Below are positions 14,206 to 17,612 of a stretch of 17,612 bases of DNA, one piece after another (within the stretch, counting starts at the first letter, position 1; the number at the start of each line of letters is the position of its first letter). Origin of the DNA: a virus; IMG/VR virus record IMGVR_UViG_3300033121_002167, positions 64,001 through 81,612 of that record. One strand, 5' to 3'. Position numbers and translations under genes: made by a program. Below the pieces are notes generated by a model. The model saw nothing but the letters and a program-made list of their open reading frames with translations, was not told the origin of the DNA and ran no database searches.

Positions 14206-14460
14206 GATCTAACTATAGTGGCACACATACTTTTACAATAGATCCATACGTTTCATCGAACTCAACGTTGTTTCTTCGTATGAACATCTTTGTTGAACGA
14301 CTGTTTTCAGTCTTTCATGTGACTTTTTACAATCATCAGTGCCAACATAATCGATCAGATCGCTAGCTTTATCAACAATGTCAGAAAAATCAGGATTGCA
14401 ATAAATTGGAAATGATGACAATTTAAGCAATCTTGCATATTCATTACAGTTCAATGTCAA
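13417..14460 (-). mobile_element. Homing-endonuclease cassette: the endonuclease gene plus a co-transferred AT-rich replacement 3' end of the glycosyltransferase gene.
   Basis: A contiguous AT-rich block of about 1 kb covers the glycosyltransferase's last ~75 codons and the endonuclease gene. The displaced GC-rich native 3' end lies just downstream at 13227..13469. Confidence 0.6.
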
Positions 14461-15564
14461 TGGAACACATCCCAATTCTGTGCATTCTCTAGCAGCCGTT
14501 CCGCCGTACGTGTCCTGATCGTACAACCCAACAGATATCTCAGCTCTGGAAGCGATGTACTTGAATTCATCCCTGTTAAGCGGGCCAGAGACAAGAGACA
14601 TGTAGCCGTGACGGCCGCAGCGATCTTGCAAGCTAGAATTAGAGATTTTCTGGCTGGGATTTCCAGCTATGACAATAAAGTCTTGGCGACGATTGTGAAG
14701 CTTTGGCAAGATGTCAAACATGAACTTGCCGCAGTTCGTGTAGTCGCTAGACACCCCTGCTTCACCGATACGGTTCGGGACAAAGATGATCTTCTTGCCA
14801 GCTGATTGCAGCTTCTCGACCAGGTTGACATCAAACCTAAGATTGTCGAAATTGACCGGCGATGTGATCTCTTCTCGAGAGTACCCATCATCCCACGGTG
14901 AAGACTTTTCGAGGATCTTTTGGACAACTTCATCTCTGTAAAGCTTCCTGGCTTCAACTTCAAACTCTGCCAACGCAGATTCACACTGCCAGAAGTTCCA
15001 ATCGGCTTTCATCGCTGCTTCGCATTGACCGAGCCACAGCGATGCTTCAGCTGGAAACTTTGGACATGATGGCACATCCACGAAGTGGGAATGTACGAAA
15101 AACTTGGGTTGGTATCCACCAACAACATGGAACATCGCCTTGAAAGCTCTTAGATGCATTGGATCGTTGATGTAGACTGCATCCCACTTGGGTGCTCGGC
15201 TCAACTTCTGCATCCCGAGATTTAGACCGACAGCTAGACCCGTCCAGTCAAAATCATAACGAGTCACAAGAGCATTTCCGATGATGTTGTGCTCAAAGAA
15301 CGCTAGACGATTGTCGCCGTCTGCGCCGTAACGCTCCCAAAGATCTGGGTATACATCCCAAGGATCAGTTACAACTTGTCTCTTTCTGCCGTCATCACCA
15401 AGCTGTGGGATCATCACTGTGATGTGCAACTCTGGGTTCAGCTGAAGCATCACCCTTACGCGACCCATGACCATCTGAAAGCCCGAATCTGCTTCCAAGA
15501 TGAAGTTTCCCTTCGTGTCATAATTTGACAACTGTGTCTCTATCAAAAGCCGTTTTTGTCCCAT
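14233..15564 (-). CDS. GT-B fold glycosyltransferase (GT4-like C-terminal domain), about 443 aa. It is a candidate DNA hmC glycosyltransferase.
   Basis: The C-terminal region YDQDTYGGTAARECTELGCVPL matches the GT-B/GT4 E-x7-E nucleotide-sugar-binding region (…EAMACGCPVI). The track start at 15573 is TTG. The real ATG is at 15564-15562 (MGQKRLL...) with AAGGA 11 nt upstream. The last ~75 codons are AT-rich and have been allele-replaced. Confidence 0.6.
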   Translation of the reverse strand: MGQKRLLIETQLSNYDTKGNFILEADSGFQMVMGRVRVMLQLNPELHITVMIPQLGDDGRKRQVVTDPWDVYPDLWERYGADGDNRLAFFEHNIIGNALVTRYDFDWTGLAVGLNLGMQKLSRAPKWDAVYINDPMHLRAFKAMFHVVGGYQPKFFVHSHFVDVPSCPKFPAEASLWLGQCEAAMKADWNFWQCESALAEFEVEARKLYRDEVVQKILEKSSPWDDGYSREEITSPVNFDNLRFDVNLVEKLQSAGKKIIFVPNRIGEAGVSSDYTNCGKFMFDILPKLHNRRQDFIVIAGNPSQKISNSSLQDRCGRHGYMSLVSGPLNRDEFKYIASRAEISVGLYDQDTYGGTAARECTELGCVPLTLNCNEYARLLKLSSFPIYCNPDFSDIVDKASDLIDYVGTDDCKKSHERLKTVVQQRCSYEETTLSSMKRMDLL

Positions 15565-15569
15565 TATAA

Positions 15570-15926
15570 TCAATGTCCTTTTCTGCCCGGATTGCTCTGC
15601 TTTCTGTACTCTTGGTGTTCTGCGTCGCAGTGAGCCTTGGCTTGATCGAACATCCGACCAACCATTGACTTCAACAGATTCTCACCATAATCAGAAGCAA
15701 TCTCTTCTCTGATTTGATCAACAGTATGTTGAACGCATGCTTCACGATCGTACGAACCATCTAGTTCATCAAAAGTCCATGACGCTGGAGCCTTAATCCT
15801 TGTTGAAGCACGACCGGTCTTGAAGAATATGTGCCCATTTGTCCATCCTATCGACTCGGGAACGCACTCTTCGCGGCCATCGAGCATAGCATAATGCAGC
15901 TCGATCCAAATTTTGCTTCTGCTCAT
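15570..15926 (-). CDS. Hypothetical protein, 118 aa.
   Basis: ATG start overlapping the upstream TGA (ATGA). No recognisable motif. Confidence 0.55.
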   Translation of the reverse strand: MSRSKIWIELHYAMLDGREECVPESIGWTNGHIFFKTGRASTRIKAPASWTFDELDGSYDREACVQHTVDQIREEIASDYGENLLKSMVGRMFDQAKAHCDAEHQEYRKQSNPGRKGH

Positions 15927-16441
15927 CTTTTCAACACCTTTATCTTTTCAATCGAAGCCTCTGAAAGCCTCCACTCAGGTTTCTTCCAGTAACGTTGATC
16001 GCAGATTGGTTTGCCGCCATCTTCAAGGAGCCACAGAGCGTACGTGTACTCGTAGAGCGTCAATGCAACGATGCCGTCAGTGTAAACTAGCGCATGTACC
16101 TCACCCAACGTGGCTCTAACCTCTGCCTCGTCAAAAGTTTCGAGCGTTAGATTTTGCTCTTCAACGTCAGACGAAATCATGGTAGCATAGTCTGACACGT
16201 GACCTATCTTCAGAGGTCCAATGTACTCAACGTTAACAGGGAACTTGTAATCTGGATGATCCCCATGCTCGTGTTCAAACATGTTCCCGTCAGCTTTGAT
16301 GCAACCAACAGGCAGCTCGTTTGGGCAGTAAAACTTGCCTCCAGCTTCTATTGCGTTGGCTATGCCGCAATCCCAGCATCTATTCACGCACGTTGGAATT
16401 TCGATCGAACACCCTGGACATGGTTTAGTCTTCGTCGTCAT
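15923..16441 (-). CDS. Hypothetical protein with an N-terminal Cys-rich zinc-ribbon-like region (CPGC...CVNRCWDC...C), 172 aa.
   Basis: ATG start. It is ATGA-coupled to the downstream gene. Multiple CxxC pairs occur in the first 50 aa. Confidence 0.55.
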   Translation of the reverse strand: MTTKTKPCPGCSIEIPTCVNRCWDCGIANAIEAGGKFYCPNELPVGCIKADGNMFEHEHGDHPDYKFPVNVEYIGPLKIGHVSDYATMISSDVEEQNLTLETFDEAEVRATLGEVHALVYTDGIVALTLYEYTYALWLLEDGGKPICDQRYWKKPEWRLSEASIEKIKVLKR

Positions 16442-16727
16442 CGCAATCCGGTGAAGCTGTGATCAAGTTTGGTATGCGACGTGGTGTTGTTAGATCATGA
16501 GCAGCAATTGAGTAAAATGCGCTGTTGACGTATTCATCGGCAGCTTGAACGTTGCCAGAAGATATCAGCCCATGAATGTTGATCAGATCAGTAGCCGTTG
16601 TCATCCTTTCAGAGCTCATCACCCTGATCGCAGCAATGTCTCGTCGTATGTCTCCGATGATGAAACCAATCACGAAGACGGGTACAACAGCTAGAACGTA
16701 CGTTAGAACAGCTATGACAATGCTCAT
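16425..16727 (-). CDS. Small membrane protein, 100 aa, with an N-terminal transmembrane helix (SIVIAVLTYVLAVVPVFVIGFIIG) and an acidic tail (DCDDDED).
   Basis: The ATG at 16727-16725 overlaps the TGA of the methyltransferase gene (ATGA). Confidence 0.5.
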   Translation of the reverse strand: MSIVIAVLTYVLAVVPVFVIGFIIGDIRRDIAAIRVMSSERMTTATDLINIHGLISSGNVQAADEYVNSAFYSIAAHDLTTPRRIPNLITASPDCDDDED

Positions 16728-17407
16728 TGGGAAGCCTTTACGTAAACTCGAGTGTTCTTCCTGTAGAAAGAAGCGAACGCAAAGCGACCCTTCTTGTTGC
16801 GCCCTGGAACTCTCAAGTTGGAGAACTTTGATGTCAGAACGGGATCTACAACATATCCTCTCTTCAGCATCTTTCCCTCAACGACAGAGACTGGTTGGCA
16901 GTTCACGTGGTGACGTCCGAACTGCGGCAGCCAATCAGGTCCACCCGGGACGAATTCGCCCAAACGATTGATCTTTCCTTGGTTGGGATCGTAAGTGCCA
17001 CGACCAGACGCAACGCCAAAGACAACGATGCGAGGATTGGGCAGCAGCATGCAGTCCAAAAAGTTGCCTTCATGAACGTTGCAAACGTGCTCCATCGCTT
17101 CAAGCGACATGACAACGTCACGTGGGCCAACATCAAGCGTGCTAGGCTTCACAGTTCCGATGTCTATCTTTCTGAAGTTTGATTGGTTGACTCTCAATGC
17201 TGTCATGTCAGCATAACCATCGCAGCACCAGATCGGGATGATGCCTTCAAGGGGTTCGAGCCAATCACCCTGGCCGCAGCCAAAATCGGCGATCGACGTG
17301 GCTTTCAAATCCTTCAAGACAAAGTCCTTCCATGCTGGAAGGCCGCGAGCGAAGTACTTCCTACCGTCGTCAAAAAATTCAGAATCGTAGTTTATGATCT
17401 TTGCCAT
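16724..17407 (-). CDS. Class I SAM-dependent methyltransferase, 227 aa. It is not a Dam/Dcm-type DNA methyltransferase and is more likely a small-molecule or sugar O-methyltransferase.
   Basis: Motif I is IADFGCGQGDW. An acidic residue ends beta2 (IWCCDGYAD). Motif II/III is DVVMSLEAMEHV. There is no [DNS]PP[YFW] or PCQ/ENV motif. The ATG overlaps the upstream TAA as TAATG. Confidence 0.7.
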   Translation of the reverse strand: MAKIINYDSEFFDDGRKYFARGLPAWKDFVLKDLKATSIADFGCGQGDWLEPLEGIIPIWCCDGYADMTALRVNQSNFRKIDIGTVKPSTLDVGPRDVVMSLEAMEHVCNVHEGNFLDCMLLPNPRIVVFGVASGRGTYDPNQGKINRLGEFVPGGPDWLPQFGRHHVNCQPVSVVEGKMLKRGYVVDPVLTSKFSNLRVPGRNKKGRFAFASFYRKNTRVYVKASQ

Positions 17408-17612
17408 TATAATCCCTTGATGAATGCAAGAACCTCTCGCATCTCACGCTCTAGATCTTCATCATCAACGTTAAGCTTCAGAAGCTTCGTCTTCGTCCAT
17501 GATGCAAAAGTGAAGTACTCATCGTGAAGCTTTTGAAGAACCTCAGCGTTGATAGTTGGATCCAAGTCATCTTCAATGCCGACGTACGATGATCGATGAC
17601 ACAGAACGACGC
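17407..17612 (-). CDS. Hypothetical protein; the 5' end lies beyond the window. The C-terminal 68 aa read ...VVLCHRSSYVGIEDDLDPTINAEVLQKLHDEYFTFASWTKTKLLKLNVDDEDLEREMREVLAFIKGL.
   Basis: The frame was hand-translated. It is open from the window edge to the TAA at 17409-17407, which overlaps the methyltransferase ATG. The + strand ORF 17183..17527 in the track is its antisense shadow. Confidence 0.5.
   Translation of the reverse strand, partial: VVLCHRSSYVGIEDDLDPTINAEVLQKLHDEYFTFASWTKTKLLKLNVDDEDLEREMREVLAFIKGL

Noticed and set aside
14206-14232. CACTATAG (T7-promoter-core-like) immediately upstream of the GIY-YIG gene
   Set aside because: It is an 8-nt partial match with none of the rest of the 23-nt T7 consensus. 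Nothing else in the window suggests a T7-type RNA polymerase.
13227-14460. Group I intron hypothesis for the endonuclease inside the glycosyltransferase gene
   Set aside because: The downstream 80-codon segment duplicates rather than continues the glycosyltransferase C-terminus, since both copies contain the PDFSD...RCSYE(V/E)TTL block. Exons of a split gene would not be redundant. The glycosyltransferase also has an intact in-frame end with a stop upstream of the endonuclease.
17183-17527. Plus-strand 114-aa ORF
   Set aside because: It is antisense to the methyltransferase start and to the hand-translated partial minus-strand gene 17407..17612, which reads as a plausible protein.
1-17612. 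CRISPR arrays, rRNA, integrase/transposase-type mobile elements
   Set aside because: No spaced direct repeats were seen outside coding repeats. Coding density leaves no room for rRNA. No recombinase or transposase motifs were found. The only mobile elements are the homing-endonuclease cassettes.

Overview
The window reads as a densely packed, single-strand (all genes on the minus strand) block of a virulent phage genome with T4-like nucleotide-metabolism genes, at roughly 48-50% GC with three sharply AT-rich islands. From established family signatures read in the translations I can support: thymidine kinase, dCMP deaminase, a T4 gp42-like dCMP hydroxymethylase (predicting 5-hydroxymethylcytosine DNA), an extended-SDR NAD-dependent sugar-nucleotide epimerase, a GT-B fold glycosyltransferase, a class I SAM methyltransferase, an HslV/proteasome-beta-like Ntn peptidase, an Fe/Mn-superoxide-dismutase-like protein, a nitrilase-superfamily C-N hydrolase, a ribbon-helix-helix protein and a DnaJ-type zinc-finger mini-protein. 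There are also several membrane/coiled-coil proteins that may be lysis-related, and three free-standing homing-endonuclease-like genes, each sitting in an AT-rich island: two GIY-YIG/NUMOD3 Seg-like enzymes and one different architecture with a zinc ribbon, repeats and a C-terminal PD-(D/E)xK-like motif. The main hunt result is the contiguous, translationally coupled module of hydroxymethylase, small membrane protein, epimerase, glycosyltransferase, unknowns and methyltransferase, which looks like machinery for a non-canonical sugar hypermodification of hmC DNA. Within that module a GIY-YIG homing-endonuclease cassette has overwritten the 3' end of the glycosyltransferase gene with a divergent AT-rich allele, leaving the displaced GC-rich native 3' end as a remnant just downstream. 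Several ORF-track starts are GTG or TTG artefacts, and I moved them to internal ATGs or ATGA-coupled starts. I found no rRNA, tRNA or CRISPR array, and the largest non-coding gap is about 85 nt. All functional calls come from motif reading without database searches and should be confirmed by HMM or structure searches.
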